DNA of 64,000 bases from a virus (IMGVR_UViG_3300027210_000001:17322-81321); one strand, 5' to 3'. Positions 45,812 through 55,121 are shown, counted from the stretch's first letter. Notes: generated from the sequence alone by a model not told the origin. Numbers and translations: made by a program.

Positions 45812-46156
45812 GTGATGCATTCCGCCGCAGGGTTCCTGGATAGCTTTGTTCAAGATGAACTGGACTGTCGTTGTCTTACTGAAGAAGATTTCGGTGCGCC
45901 TCTTGACAACGAAGAAAATGATGTACCATTGTATGACATGTATAACAGGGGCTTGACGCTATGCGAGCAGGGACTCGAAAGGAATCCGTTGAATCTCGAG
46001 GGAGCACGGCTTGGAACGACGGGGTACATTCCCTCGATGGAGCAGGGGATGTCAATGGGAGCATCGCCCCGTCCCAAGACCTTAGTGCTGGAGCTACAGG
46101 GTCCAGGGGAATCGGAGAAGTTGCTTTCGGCGAAACGTCGTGGTTTGCTCCGATAG
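45812..46156 (+). CDS. hypothetical protein
   Basis: 114-aa ORF; 3' 196 nt overlap the next ORF. Confidence 0.65.
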   Translation: MMHSAAGFLDSFVQDELDCRCLTEEDFGAPLDNEENDVPLYDMYNRGLTLCEQGLERNPLNLEGARLGTTGYIPSMEQGMSMGASPRPKTLVLELQGPGESEKLLSAKRRGLLR

Positions 46157-46449
46157 ACGATAACGGATGTAAAGATGGTGTGTGCCCAGTGCCCTGGGCC
46201 ACCAAAGAAAAGCCTCCTGTTATCCAGGAGGACTTGGTCAATCATCCCCCGCACTACGCTGACGGAGGGATCGAATGTATCGAAGCAATCGAGGCCCAGC
46301 TAACCGCCGAAGAGTATCGCGGATACCTGAAGGGCAATATCGCCAAGTATGTGTGGCGTGAGAAACATAAAGGCGGGACAGAATCACTGAAGAAAGCACA
46401 GTGGTACCTCTCTCGGCTAGTTGAGTTGGACGAAGTTCAGAAAGGCTGA
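45961..46449 (+). CDS. DUF3310 (SaV-like) protein with N-terminal extension
   Basis: VNHPPHY..GGIECIEAI...GYLKGNIAKYVWR..HKGG.ESLKKAQWYL. Confidence 0.85.
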   Translation: MRAGTRKESVESRGSTAWNDGVHSLDGAGDVNGSIAPSQDLSAGATGSRGIGEVAFGETSWFAPIDDNGCKDGVCPVPWATKEKPPVIQEDLVNHPPHYADGGIECIEAIEAQLTAEEYRGYLKGNIAKYVWREKHKGGTESLKKAQWYLSRLVELDEVQKG

Positions 46450-46727
46450 CAAGTATCTTCGTCCTCATCCTCGTCGTCGTACAAGCATGCGGCGGCGAGT
46501 TCTGCTAGCTCAATGTCGGTTGGGTGATCCCAGTCAATCTCAATGTCTTCAGACGCCATGATGTCCCGAATGGCGTACCATTCCATCAAGCGTTGGTGGT
46601 AAAGGTTCAGCAAAGCGGCGTGAAGCTCGTCCCAGGTCATCTCTTGAGCCTGAAGCTCAGCTTTGCGCATCGCAAACTGGAGTTCTAGGGGAAGTTCAAA
46701 TTCCCTGGGTTCAACTGACCGCTCCAT
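46437..46727 (-). CDS. nblA: NblA-like phycobilisome degradation protein with acidic tail
   Basis: FELPLELQFAMRK...EMTWDEL..ALLNLYHQRL aligns to NblA L..EQQF...(M/I)SRE.L...Q.M. Confidence 0.62.
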   Translation of the reverse strand: MERSVEPREFELPLELQFAMRKAELQAQEMTWDELHAALLNLYHQRLMEWYAIRDIMASEDIEIDWDHPTDIELAELAAACLYDDEDEDEDTCQPF

Positions 46728-46763
46728 TCCGCTTTGCATTTCTTTACTGCAAGTATTCTAAGC

Positions 46764-47423
46764 CTAGCTGCTGAATTCCAAATTGACGGCATCACTGGTG
46801 TAATCGTCCCAGAGATCATCGTCAATTCGAAACTCGTTGGCAAACTGTGCAAGAAGGTACGGGCTAAGTCCCTGCTCCAGGAAGCGAATGGCTTTTACCT
46901 GGTGCGGAGCAGCAGTGTAGTTGCGGAATGCAGCAAGCAGTACATCGGAAGAAGACAAGGTGTTGGCACCAACTTCCCGAAGGAAAAGATGAGATTCTTC
47001 ACGACGCCTGTGGAGCAGGCTCCCAATTACTTGGTGGTCTTCATCAAAGACCCACCGACCGATCTCTTCTGTAGCTGCGCCAAAATCTTCGTGTTCAATG
47101 CAGTCAATCACTCGTCCATACAAAAATGGCTCCCAGCCAATGGAATGAATGAATGAAAGCAAAGCCTGACGCATGCTGTCATCAAGGCCAAGGTTTAGCT
47201 TTGAAAGCTGCGTGTCAATAACAGAGACCTCATGGAAGAGATACTCTAGTGCTTTTTCTTTACTGCAACACTGGCCACGCTTGACGGGAGCACCATCGGG
47301 ATAGAACTGAGTCCCAAACCCGATGGTATATGGCTCACCGCCTGATGACGGATCGGGGTATGCTTTTTCGTTAAACCCTTCGTATTTACGAATTAGGTTA
47401 ACGGCATGCGAAAGATCCGCCAT
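46764..47423 (-). CDS. GH24 phage lysozyme with C-terminal accessory module
   Basis: LIRKYEGF..KAYPD...PYTIGFGT, LLHRRREE. Confidence 0.9.
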   Translation of the reverse strand: MADLSHAVNLIRKYEGFNEKAYPDPSSGGEPYTIGFGTQFYPDGAPVKRGQCCSKEKALEYLFHEVSVIDTQLSKLNLGLDDSMRQALLSFIHSIGWEPFLYGRVIDCIEHEDFGAATEEIGRWVFDEDHQVIGSLLHRRREESHLFLREVGANTLSSSDVLLAAFRNYTAAPHQVKAIRFLEQGLSPYLLAQFANEFRIDDDLWDDYTSDAVNLEFSS

Positions 47424-47458
47424 GGAGGTAACTACAATTACCTCCAATCATACACAAT

Positions 47459-47584
47459 TTACTTACCTTGACCACGAGATAGCTTGCGGCCGTGACTGGG
47501 CTTGGAATGCTTGCCGTCGCCTTGACGGGTGAGCTTAGGCTTGGCTTCAATTTTGACCAATGAGGTTGACTTGGGTTTTGCCAT
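47459..47584 (-). CDS. 41-aa basic peptide (not in ORF track)
   Basis: MAKPKS...KPKLTRQGDGKHSKPSHGRKLSRGQGK*. Confidence 0.7.
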   Translation of the reverse strand: MAKPKSTSLVKIEAKPKLTRQGDGKHSKPSHGRKLSRGQGK

Positions 47585-47620
47585 GGTGTTGAGGTAGCAA
47601 CGTCAGCAGTTTAGCCTAAT

Positions 47621-47893
47621 TCACCAGGCTTTGCACGACCAGTAACCAGCCGTCAACTTGCTCTTGGGTTCGTCGCAGTTGTGTCTGGCACGAAAGTTTT
47701 TGCGACGTTCTGGGTTGTCTCGTTTGATTTCCATGTTGGCGTCACCAAAACGTACGATTTTTTCTTGCCCGTTTTCACATGCTTTTACAACAGACTTTTT
47801 ACCCCCCTGCACGTCTCGCCGAGGCTTGTTGCACTCCATGGAATCCTTGTGAATTTTTGCAGCACTGGCCGCTTTACGTGATTTATCTGACAT
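47621..47893 (-). CDS. small basic protein
   Basis: KIVRFGD...RRKNFRARHNC...AGYWSCKAW. Confidence 0.8.
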   Translation of the reverse strand: MSDKSRKAASAAKIHKDSMECNKPRRDVQGGKKSVVKACENGQEKIVRFGDANMEIKRDNPERRKNFRARHNCDEPKSKLTAGYWSCKAW

Positions 47894-47898
47894 GTTTG

Positions 47899-50106
47899 TT
47901 AACCAAATAAATAGCCGATTCCACCCCCAAAGAAAGAAGGCGCTTCTTCGTCTTCTTCTTCTGTAAAGTATTTGAAATAATTAGACCGACGCGGCTTATA
48001 CGTCTCTTTCTTGTTTATACTATCATCTGAAAGCATTTGATCCAGTGAACCCATTGCTGCAAAAGGATCAGAAAAATCTGGCATACTGAATCCCATTAAT
48101 CCTTGCACGCCTTTAGTTGATCCTGATTTACCTGAGCCTGGAGACATTAAATTCTTATCTTCTTCAGTAGCATCAGGAAAAAACTCAGCGTAAAATTCGC
48201 TTTCGCTTCCGCCATACCCAGCCTTTTGGAAAACATCAAACAATGCACTGCCACCAGCAGGAGCCTGAACTTTCTCGTCTGAGTCCCTTTGGATATAACC
48301 AAATCCTAGTTGCTCTTGCGTTGGTTTAATACGTTGTTCGTTTAATTGCCTAATGCTTTCACGTATTTGAAAAGCAGGATCTGTGCTTAAAAGACCAGTT
48401 AAAACACTTTGCAATTCTGCAACAGAATCTGTACTTGTGTCATAGCCAAGGCCTTCTAATTGTTTTTTTATATCTTCGGGCAAATCAGAAATATTTATTT
48501 TATCGACAAATTCAGCAGCTTTTTGTTCTGCTGAAACAAAATCAAGAAACACCGGATTACCAAAAGAAGCTTTTTTACCTTGCAAAGCTTCTGCAAGAGG
48601 CCCCTGGATAAAAGCGGCAAGATCTTGTCTGTTGTAGGTATCGGCAACCGGGTCGTAGTTTTTATTTTTGCCGATAACAGAATAATGTAATCGAGCAAAA
48701 TCGCTTTTGTTTTCTAGATCAACGCCATATTCATAAGCAAGTTCTTTCCATGATTTGCCGTTTTTTACATCTTCGTCTGTATTGCGTTTGTCCCAAGAAT
48801 CTTGAACATTTTGCTTTTGCTGTTCGTATGCACTTTTTTTGTTTGTTACATCTGTTCCGGACAGCAGCTCTGGATTCCAGTAAAAATTTGGGTCAAATTC
48901 TTTTTGTGTTGCTGCGGCTCCAAGACTAGCAATAAATTCTTTGGCCTTTTCGTTGGCATATTGTTTTAACGCGTTAGAAGCAAGTTGTGTTTGTAGAACG
49001 TTTTGCTCGTCATCCTTTACATCCATATAGCTAACAAATTCAGATATAGATTTTGATGTATCGAATCTAGGCTTTAAATAATCTTCGACAAAAGATTTGG
49101 CAAATTCTTTTTCAAGTTCATATGTTTTAGACGCATCTGTTGGGTCTGTAATTTGAGAACGATCCTCGTATCGTTTTGCCAAGGTTTCATCAAACCACTT
49201 TTGCCAGTTGTACTGGACAGACGAACCCATGCCAAGACTATGATCTAAGCTGTCAGACAAACTTTTGCCGATATTAGAACCGGCTCCAAAATTCATGTAA
49301 CCACCAACGCCACTATCACCAAGGATTGCGTTTTTAATGTCTTGTTTAATGTTGCCAACACTAGGCATGCCCATGCCTTCAAGCATGTCAGACATTTGCT
49401 GTTTTTTAAGTGCGTTTGCATATTCGCTTAAAGTTGCTTTTAATGCATCAGCAGATAAAGCACCAAAGGTTTGTTCTCCTTGTTTATTGATGTAGTTTTG
49501 TGTTGCCATTTCGGCAAGAGATTCTGCGCCTCCGGGTTTTCCAAGTAATGCTTCGCGCAAAATTTGGCGTTCCGCATCGGTGGGCGCCCTTAATGTTTCT
49601 TTGTAAACCTCAAGATCTCTGGGTTCACCCAAAAGACCTGCTGGCGCACCGACAAATGTGTATTCTGAATGCAAAAAAGAATCTAAATCAGGGTATTTTT
49701 TAGTGATATCAATATCTGAAATTTTCTTGCCTCCAAATGAAACCGCAGTGGCAGCCTCGTTCCATTTTTTAACTTCTTCTGGAACCTGTTGCGCGTAAAA
49801 TTTTGCGTTAAAACTATCGAGAGGCACCCCGTGCTTGGAAGAATCCCAGGGAGTTAACCCTGTTGCTTTTTGATAAAAATTCTCAACCGCCGTGATTGTT
49901 TCGGCGTCAATGTAGTCCCGAGCGTTGCTGTTATTCCCTTGAAGTTCTTTGTCAAGAGACTCCATTAAGGTTTTGTAGTTTTCACCAGAGCCTTGAATTT
50001 TGTTTAAACGCTGTGCAATTGTATCCGCTGCTTTGACTTCATCACCTGTCGCATCGGTAGGCAACACAGGCTTTAGTAAGCCGTTGACAGTCTCGAAACG
50101 AATCAT
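47899..50106 (-). CDS. large putative virion (internal/ejection) protein
   Basis: 735-aa helical ORF in the structural region. Confidence 0.75.
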   Translation of the reverse strand: MIRFETVNGLLKPVLPTDATGDEVKAADTIAQRLNKIQGSGENYKTLMESLDKELQGNNSNARDYIDAETITAVENFYQKATGLTPWDSSKHGVPLDSFNAKFYAQQVPEEVKKWNEAATAVSFGGKKISDIDITKKYPDLDSFLHSEYTFVGAPAGLLGEPRDLEVYKETLRAPTDAERQILREALLGKPGGAESLAEMATQNYINKQGEQTFGALSADALKATLSEYANALKKQQMSDMLEGMGMPSVGNIKQDIKNAILGDSGVGGYMNFGAGSNIGKSLSDSLDHSLGMGSSVQYNWQKWFDETLAKRYEDRSQITDPTDASKTYELEKEFAKSFVEDYLKPRFDTSKSISEFVSYMDVKDDEQNVLQTQLASNALKQYANEKAKEFIASLGAAATQKEFDPNFYWNPELLSGTDVTNKKSAYEQQKQNVQDSWDKRNTDEDVKNGKSWKELAYEYGVDLENKSDFARLHYSVIGKNKNYDPVADTYNRQDLAAFIQGPLAEALQGKKASFGNPVFLDFVSAEQKAAEFVDKINISDLPEDIKKQLEGLGYDTSTDSVAELQSVLTGLLSTDPAFQIRESIRQLNEQRIKPTQEQLGFGYIQRDSDEKVQAPAGGSALFDVFQKAGYGGSESEFYAEFFPDATEEDKNLMSPGSGKSGSTKGVQGLMGFSMPDFSDPFAAMGSLDQMLSDDSINKKETYKPRRSNYFKYFTEEEDEEAPSFFGGGIGYLFG

Positions 50107-50459
50107 GAGGCTTCTTTGCGTAGCTGAAGATCAATCAAATTGAAACCGTCTGGTTCCATCCAAGCTTTTATTCTACCCAATTTTTCTTCTGTAAAAAAGG
50201 ACTGCTGACGATACCAAGACTCCATTTCAGCTGATGCCTTGTTTGCATTGCATTTAGTGCATGCTGGAACCAAGTTACTTCTGTTGGAGCACCCGGATTT
50301 AAATCGTGGCACAACGTGATCTAAGCTTGTTGCTTGCTCTTCGCAATAGCCGCATTGATAGTTCCAGGCTTGGTATATACTTTCTCTAAATCTTTTCTTG
50401 GCAAGTTTTGGTGTTAATTCAACTAGCAGGGCAAGGGGCTCGTGCTGGCTGCAAAACAT
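50103..50459 (-). CDS. HNH endonuclease
   Basis: CGYC...TSLDHVVP...NLVPACTKCNANK. Confidence 0.88.
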   Translation of the reverse strand: MFCSQHEPLALLVELTPKLAKKRFRESIYQAWNYQCGYCEEQATSLDHVVPRFKSGCSNRSNLVPACTKCNANKASAEMESWYRQQSFFTEEKLGRIKAWMEPDGFNLIDLQLRKEAS

Positions 50460-50543
50460 GCTCTTCAATTGCCGTTAATTGATTCTAATTTCCCTATGCA
50501 TTCTTCCCCGCAAAGAAACAAGATAAAAATTTGCTTAAGACTG

Positions 50544-50571
50544 TTGACACCATCTTGACTCCGTGTAAGGT
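50544..50571 (+). promoter_or_regulatory. putative sigma70-type promoter
   Basis: TTGACA-16 nt-TAAGGT upstream of the HTH gene. Confidence 0.45.
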
Positions 50572-50595
50572 ACGTAGGTAACCACTGCCGCTTCC

Positions 50596-50814
50596 ATGGC
50601 TAAGCATCCAGGTTGGGTCTCTGCCCAGCAAGTAGGAGAGATCCTTGGCATTGACCGCAAGACGCTCTTCAAGTACCGCGATGACGGTACCCTGAAGCTG
50701 GGACCGCATTTCGCAGCTTTTGACTGCACACGTTCACGGGATAGCTATCTGTGGAACGTAGCCGCAGTACGTAAGCACCTGGCCAAACAAGAGAAGCTCG
50801 CCGCTATGGCGTGA
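50596..50814 (+). CDS. small excisionase-like HTH protein
   Basis: WVSAQQVGEILGIDRKTLFKYR. Confidence 0.8.
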   Translation: MAKHPGWVSAQQVGEILGIDRKTLFKYRDDGTLKLGPHFAAFDCTRSRDSYLWNVAAVRKHLAKQEKLAAMA

Positions 50815-50837
50815 GTTCTGGCAAAGGGTGGGTAATC

Positions 50838-50867
50838 ACAGCTCCGGTAATACGGGGCTGTTTTTTT
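50838..50867 (+). terminator. intrinsic terminator
   Basis: ACAGCTCCG-GTAATA-CGGGGCTGT followed by a T-run. Confidence 0.8.
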
Positions 50868-51087
50868 ATTCAGGCTCAATTCCACTTGCGTAAGCTGCCC
50901 AAGCTAAGCCCACTGCTTCCATTGTGGACAACTCTCCACTGGTGTAAGGAAGATTAACTACGTCTCCAGGGGCATATACAATTGGACTGCCACTGTAGTA
51001 AACGGTGCTATTACCAAAGGCGCTGGCGTTTAGTTGCTCAGCTGACAACACGTATTTAGTTTCTACTACGTCTCCAAAATCAGCCAC
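50866..51087 (-). CDS. hypothetical structural-region protein
   Basis: Likely GTG start (MADFGD) after GGAG. Confidence 0.65.
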   Translation of the reverse strand: MADFGDVVETKYVLSAEQLNASAFGNSTVYYSGSPIVYAPGDVVNLPYTSGELSTMEAVGLAWAAYASGIEPE

Positions 51088-52540
51088 TTGTGAATGCTCC
51101 GTCTTTACGCTGTATCTCAAAGTTAGCACGCTTAATAAAACTGGTCGGCACGTTTAAAAGCTTTTGCATCATTGGAAGCATTTGCGGTGATTGGAAATTA
51201 CTAGGCGGAAGGTCCATATACTTCAAGCCGTTAATTGAATCTACGTATTCCGAATGTTTTTTCATCGTGCTTGATTCATTGACAAGCTTCTGTTCCCAAC
51301 TGACCATTCCCTCGTCCATATCAATAGGTACGTCAGACGGCTCAGGGAGGATAATGCCTTCTTGGAAGCGCAGTGCATAGATGTGTTTGCAGTATCGCAT
51401 CTCATCTAACAACGGCGTCCAGTAGTCATCAAAACTAACAATCTGATTATCAACAGCTTTGTAGTCAACAAATGTACCAGGGCCTTCTGCTGCCCCTACG
51501 CTTGGTACGTTCCGCAAATACCTTCCGCCAAAATCACTGAACACCCCAGGGTTATCAATTGATTCAAACGTAAGTGAAAGCCTGCGGTTTTTATCAATGC
51601 TGGTTTCGGCATTGTTATTGATAGTTCCGTCTGCATCCGTAATTAATTCGTGCCGCCCATACTTTAAAGATGATGGCCTTGTATAAGGAAAGCGCTTTGT
51701 GGAGCTACCTTTCATGTCACGGAAATACGCGTAACTACGGCGGCTGAAATCTTGGCAGGTGCAAGCGTATCTCGTGCCAAGCGTCAGGAACCTGTCGATA
51801 GCAGGCGGACGACTTGCTGGTGTTACATACACACCATCAGGTGTTGACTCAAAGGATCCTGCTTTTTTTAACGTCAGTACTCCTGCTGGACCGTTTACAT
51901 CCACCAGTAATGCCTGAACGTAACCGTATTTTTTATTGGTGGCTGGGTTTAACGTATCGTTTGTTAAAGGCGTCCCACCGGGCTCCAGGAGGCGGTCTTC
52001 AATTACTTCGCCGTTCAGTGGCTTGAGAGCTGCGTTACTGCCCACAGGAGGCACGTAGAGAGGGGCTGGGAGTGGGTTGCTTATGCTCCAGGTACCGGCA
52101 AGCTGTACGTACCAATAATCAGCGTCTTCTGTGACCATGGCAACACTTGCCCTAGTCCCAGTGGAATCAAATACGTTATCGAAGCGCAGCAGTGCACCTA
52201 CACGACAACCAGTCCAATGGATGCCAAATTCCCTGCGTGCTGTAGGAAAGCCTTGTACAACACCAACAATTAACGGTTGGTTACCAGGAGGAATCGTTGT
52301 TCCTGGTGGTGTTGGCATTGTGTAGCGGAAGGGGAATGTTAACCCTCGTTGGATGCCTACCGTTACAGCAAGTTCATACCCACGGCGCCAACGTGCCCAG
52401 GATGATTCCCGATCCATTGCGACAATGGAGTTTGGCACCGCACCAACAGAAAATTCCGTAGAGATTGGTTTAATTGCGCCTAGTTTAAAATCAATCTTTT
52501 GGTTGAAGTTACCAAAGAGATCACCCTTTTTGGGCGACAT
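51080..52540 (-). CDS. structural-region protein with split SWIM-like zinc motif
   Basis: YACTCQD ... YCKHIYAL. Confidence 0.75.
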   Translation of the reverse strand: MSPKKGDLFGNFNQKIDFKLGAIKPISTEFSVGAVPNSIVAMDRESSWARWRRGYELAVTVGIQRGLTFPFRYTMPTPPGTTIPPGNQPLIVGVVQGFPTARREFGIHWTGCRVGALLRFDNVFDSTGTRASVAMVTEDADYWYVQLAGTWSISNPLPAPLYVPPVGSNAALKPLNGEVIEDRLLEPGGTPLTNDTLNPATNKKYGYVQALLVDVNGPAGVLTLKKAGSFESTPDGVYVTPASRPPAIDRFLTLGTRYACTCQDFSRRSYAYFRDMKGSSTKRFPYTRPSSLKYGRHELITDADGTINNNAETSIDKNRRLSLTFESIDNPGVFSDFGGRYLRNVPSVGAAEGPGTFVDYKAVDNQIVSFDDYWTPLLDEMRYCKHIYALRFQEGIILPEPSDVPIDMDEGMVSWEQKLVNESSTMKKHSEYVDSINGLKYMDLPPSNFQSPQMLPMMQKLLNVPTSFIKRANFEIQRKDGAFTSG

Positions 52541-52543
52541 GAC

Positions 52544-53323
52544 TTAGAAGAAGCCGCCTTGTGCGTAGACGTGCGCCCCAGGAATATATCCAGAGATGTT
52601 CGGGCCGTCTGCAAATACGCCAATGTAGAGGCGGTCGCCACGCTCCAGGTAAATGCCTTTGTTACGCAGCGGTGCGGTTTGGCCAAGTCCTGTGGTGTTA
52701 CCTGCGGAAACAACAGGAGCAGCCAGTTGAGGCATCACGTCAGCACAGTCGACTTCTTGTGCATCAGCCGGCACGCGCTTGGCAAAGACAACTTTGTAGT
52801 CGCCAGAGGCAGGGATGGGTGTGGTCGTACCGCGAGTCTGGTAAACAACAAAAGTTACTTCGGGCTGGTATCCGTACTTAATGCCGTTGTAGCTAAAGCC
52901 GCTTCCAATGCCGCCCGAGTAAATCAGGCTGGTGTTAATACCTGTCAGGGTAGTTGCCCCTGTGTAGGTGTAGTAACCATACCCGCTTTGAGCAGGGGTG
53001 GTAAGAACACCAGTCTGAGAGATGAAAACAATTTGACCGCTGGTCAGCGAAATAGGAGTGCCAGAGGTTGCGGTGGCTACTGTGTAGTCCGGATCACGGT
53101 AGTAATCATTGCGGACAATACTGATGGAATCAACAACACCACCGCTGTTATTGTCTTCGCTAAGGTTGGCGTCCATGTCCACCAAGATGGAGGGCGCCTG
53201 GCCCCCCTGGACAAACAGTGTGTTAGCTGAAGCACTGCCTACAGTTTGAGTTGTGACACGCACTGAATCAAACAGTGGGCGATCAACCAACAGGGGCTGC
53301 TTGTTTGTGCTAGTCGAGGCCAA
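52544..53323 (-). CDS. putative virion structural protein
   Basis: 259 aa, beta-rich, in the late region. Confidence 0.75.
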   Translation of the reverse strand: MASTSTNKQPLLVDRPLFDSVRVTTQTVGSASANTLFVQGGQAPSILVDMDANLSEDNNSGGVVDSISIVRNDYYRDPDYTVATATSGTPISLTSGQIVFISQTGVLTTPAQSGYGYYTYTGATTLTGINTSLIYSGGIGSGFSYNGIKYGYQPEVTFVVYQTRGTTTPIPASGDYKVVFAKRVPADAQEVDCADVMPQLAAPVVSAGNTTGLGQTAPLRNKGIYLERGDRLYIGVFADGPNISGYIPGAHVYAQGGFF

Positions 53324-53365
53324 GGTTCTACTGCGCTTTTACTGATTTTCCAATTCTAACGTGAT

Positions 53366-54034
53366 TTAACCATAAGGGTTCATGTTAGTCAAAAAAGCAA
53401 GCGGATCCATTTCTGGCGCAGGAGTTAACAGCTTAGCCATTAACTCTTGTTTTACCAAATCCTGCACAGAGAGTTCCTTGGGTTGATTGCCAGCCATGGC
53501 TGACATAAACCCTTGGAGAAAACTACCGGCAGATACGTCTTGTCCTTTGCCAGGCTGCTGTTGAACCGTTTCCGTATCAGTTGGAATATCACCAAGAACA
53601 CGTTGTGCGTTCTTATAAAGATCTCCACCTTGCTTGAAACGCGGCAAAACACCTGCAACGGAAGTACCAAAAGAATCTTTGGCATTCAACGAAACGTTTG
53701 GATTTCCACCAAGCACTGTTGCATATGCGCGATCAATACCCATTTGACCGGGTTTAAAACCACGGTCTTTAAAGTATTGAAGAACTTTAGGCATTTGGCC
53801 AGCCCTGGTTTGAGGTCCAGAGATGCCATAGAGTTGTTGTTCGTTTTGACCAAATTGAATTAAGCCTTTATGGCGACCGCCCGCACCCCCAACAATATTA
53901 GGGTCCATGTTGGCGCCAGACTCAAGCGATAGGAATGCACCGAACTCATACGGATGCAAGCCAAGCTCCCTGGCACCCCGGATGATTGCCATCCGTTCTT
54001 CATTTGGAAGAATACCAACTTTAGGCGTAGCCAT
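53366..54034 (-). CDS. virion-associated lysozyme-like (transglycosylase-type) protein
   Basis: FLSLESG...P....GG..KGLIQF. Confidence 0.65.
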   Translation of the reverse strand: MATPKVGILPNEERMAIIRGARELGLHPYEFGAFLSLESGANMDPNIVGGAGGRHKGLIQFGQNEQQLYGISGPQTRAGQMPKVLQYFKDRGFKPGQMGIDRAYATVLGGNPNVSLNAKDSFGTSVAGVLPRFKQGGDLYKNAQRVLGDIPTDTETVQQQPGKGQDVSAGSFLQGFMSAMAGNQPKELSVQDLVKQELMAKLLTPAPEMDPLAFLTNMNPYG

Positions 54035-54044
54035 AACGTCTGGT

Positions 54045-54164
54045 TTAACTTTCTCCTACCCAATTTGAACTTGCTTTGAGACCAGGGATAAATACGGTTT
54101 GCAGCGCAAGGGCCGTAGCTAGATAGGTCAAAGTACGTTTAACAAACTTAGGACAGAGAATCAT
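54045..54164 (-). CDS. 39-aa signal-peptide-like ORF (not in ORF track)
   Basis: MILCPKFVKRTLTYLATALALQTVFIPGLKASSNWVGES*. Confidence 0.55.
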   Translation of the reverse strand: MILCPKFVKRTLTYLATALALQTVFIPGLKASSNWVGES

Positions 54165-54182
54165 TGGTTTAAAGCAACTACA

Positions 54183-54245
54183 CTGGCACCCATAGATCAG
54201 AGATCTGTGTCCAGTTGGCTGGGCTTACATGCTGTGCAATGCCAG
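54183..54245 (-). ncRNA. putative four-way-junction RNA element
   Basis: Closing CTGGCA/TGCCAG encloses TTGCA/TGTAA, CCAG/CTGG and AGATC/GATCT hairpins. Confidence 0.45.
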
Positions 54246-54249
54246 ATGG

Positions 54250-55119
54250 TTATTTTGTTACTGAAGAAGCACTGTTGACGGCTGCTTGCTTAAGCAGTTT
54301 TGACTTCATGTCTTCGATCTTTCCAGGTGTTAAACCATATGCTGCGGGATCATATCCTGTTTCAAGAGTAGCTCGTGTACCTAAATCACCTTGGAAGTAA
54401 GGAACTTCTCCGGGAGCAACTGGAATTGGCGCTGCAGTTTGCTGCATCGCGGAAACTTGACCTGGCGCCATTCCGGTTTGATAACCGAATGTAGATTGCA
54501 TTAAAGGATTAAAAGATCCCACTGCACCACCAGGCTGGGCCATTTTGGTGCCGCCATACTTTTCTTGCCAGATCTGCATGCCAATATCACGGGCAGCATT
54601 CATGTCTGCCTGAGTTTTAGCACCTTCCCGTGCTTTTTCATAACGCTGAAGCTCAGGGTCTTGTGCGGTGAGTTGGGCAACGCGTGAAGCTTCTTGCTGG
54701 TACGCACGTTCGGCGCCTGGACGAGATGCTGCCGGAGGCTGTTTTTGTCCACCTGAAAAAAGACTGCCGTATTGACCGCCCACTAAACCAGGTGCCCGTT
54801 TGTAAACCAGATCTTCGCCACTTTGAGCGGGATACCAAGTTTGTCCTCCCACGTTAATTGGACCGCTGCCAGCACGATTTGTACTCCAGCCCCCTCTATT
54901 CATTAAGACTTCTTGACCACCAAGTTGCGCAGCTCCTAACGTAGGAATAGCACCCTTGCCTGCGCCACCAAATAAACTTTGGATACCGCCAATAATAGGA
55001 TTGGCTGGTTGTGCACCAGAAATAACGCCGCCTCCACGCAGCTTATTTAAAACAGCTTGCTGTTCCCTGGAACGCTGTTCTCGAGCAGTGTCTTTGTTTC
55101 GATTAATAGGAACAGGCAT
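54250..55119 (-). CDS. Gly/Gln-rich putative virion protein
   Basis: GGAGG then ATG at 55119. Confidence 0.75.
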   Translation of the reverse strand: MPVPINRNKDTAREQRSREQQAVLNKLRGGGVISGAQPANPIIGGIQSLFGGAGKGAIPTLGAAQLGGQEVLMNRGGWSTNRAGSGPINVGGQTWYPAQSGEDLVYKRAPGLVGGQYGSLFSGGQKQPPAASRPGAERAYQQEASRVAQLTAQDPELQRYEKAREGAKTQADMNAARDIGMQIWQEKYGGTKMAQPGGAVGSFNPLMQSTFGYQTGMAPGQVSAMQQTAAPIPVAPGEVPYFQGDLGTRATLETGYDPAAYGLTPGKIEDMKSKLLKQAAVNSASSVTK

Positions 55120-55121
55120 GA

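Noticed and set aside
42984-50814. A lysogeny module inferred from excisionase-like HTH genes
   Set aside because: No integrase, repressor pair or att-like repeat is visible in the window.
54183-54245. A glutamine (glnA / Downstream-peptide) riboswitch
   Set aside because: The conserved CGUU, GGAAGU and GAA segments are absent; kept only as an unnamed structure.
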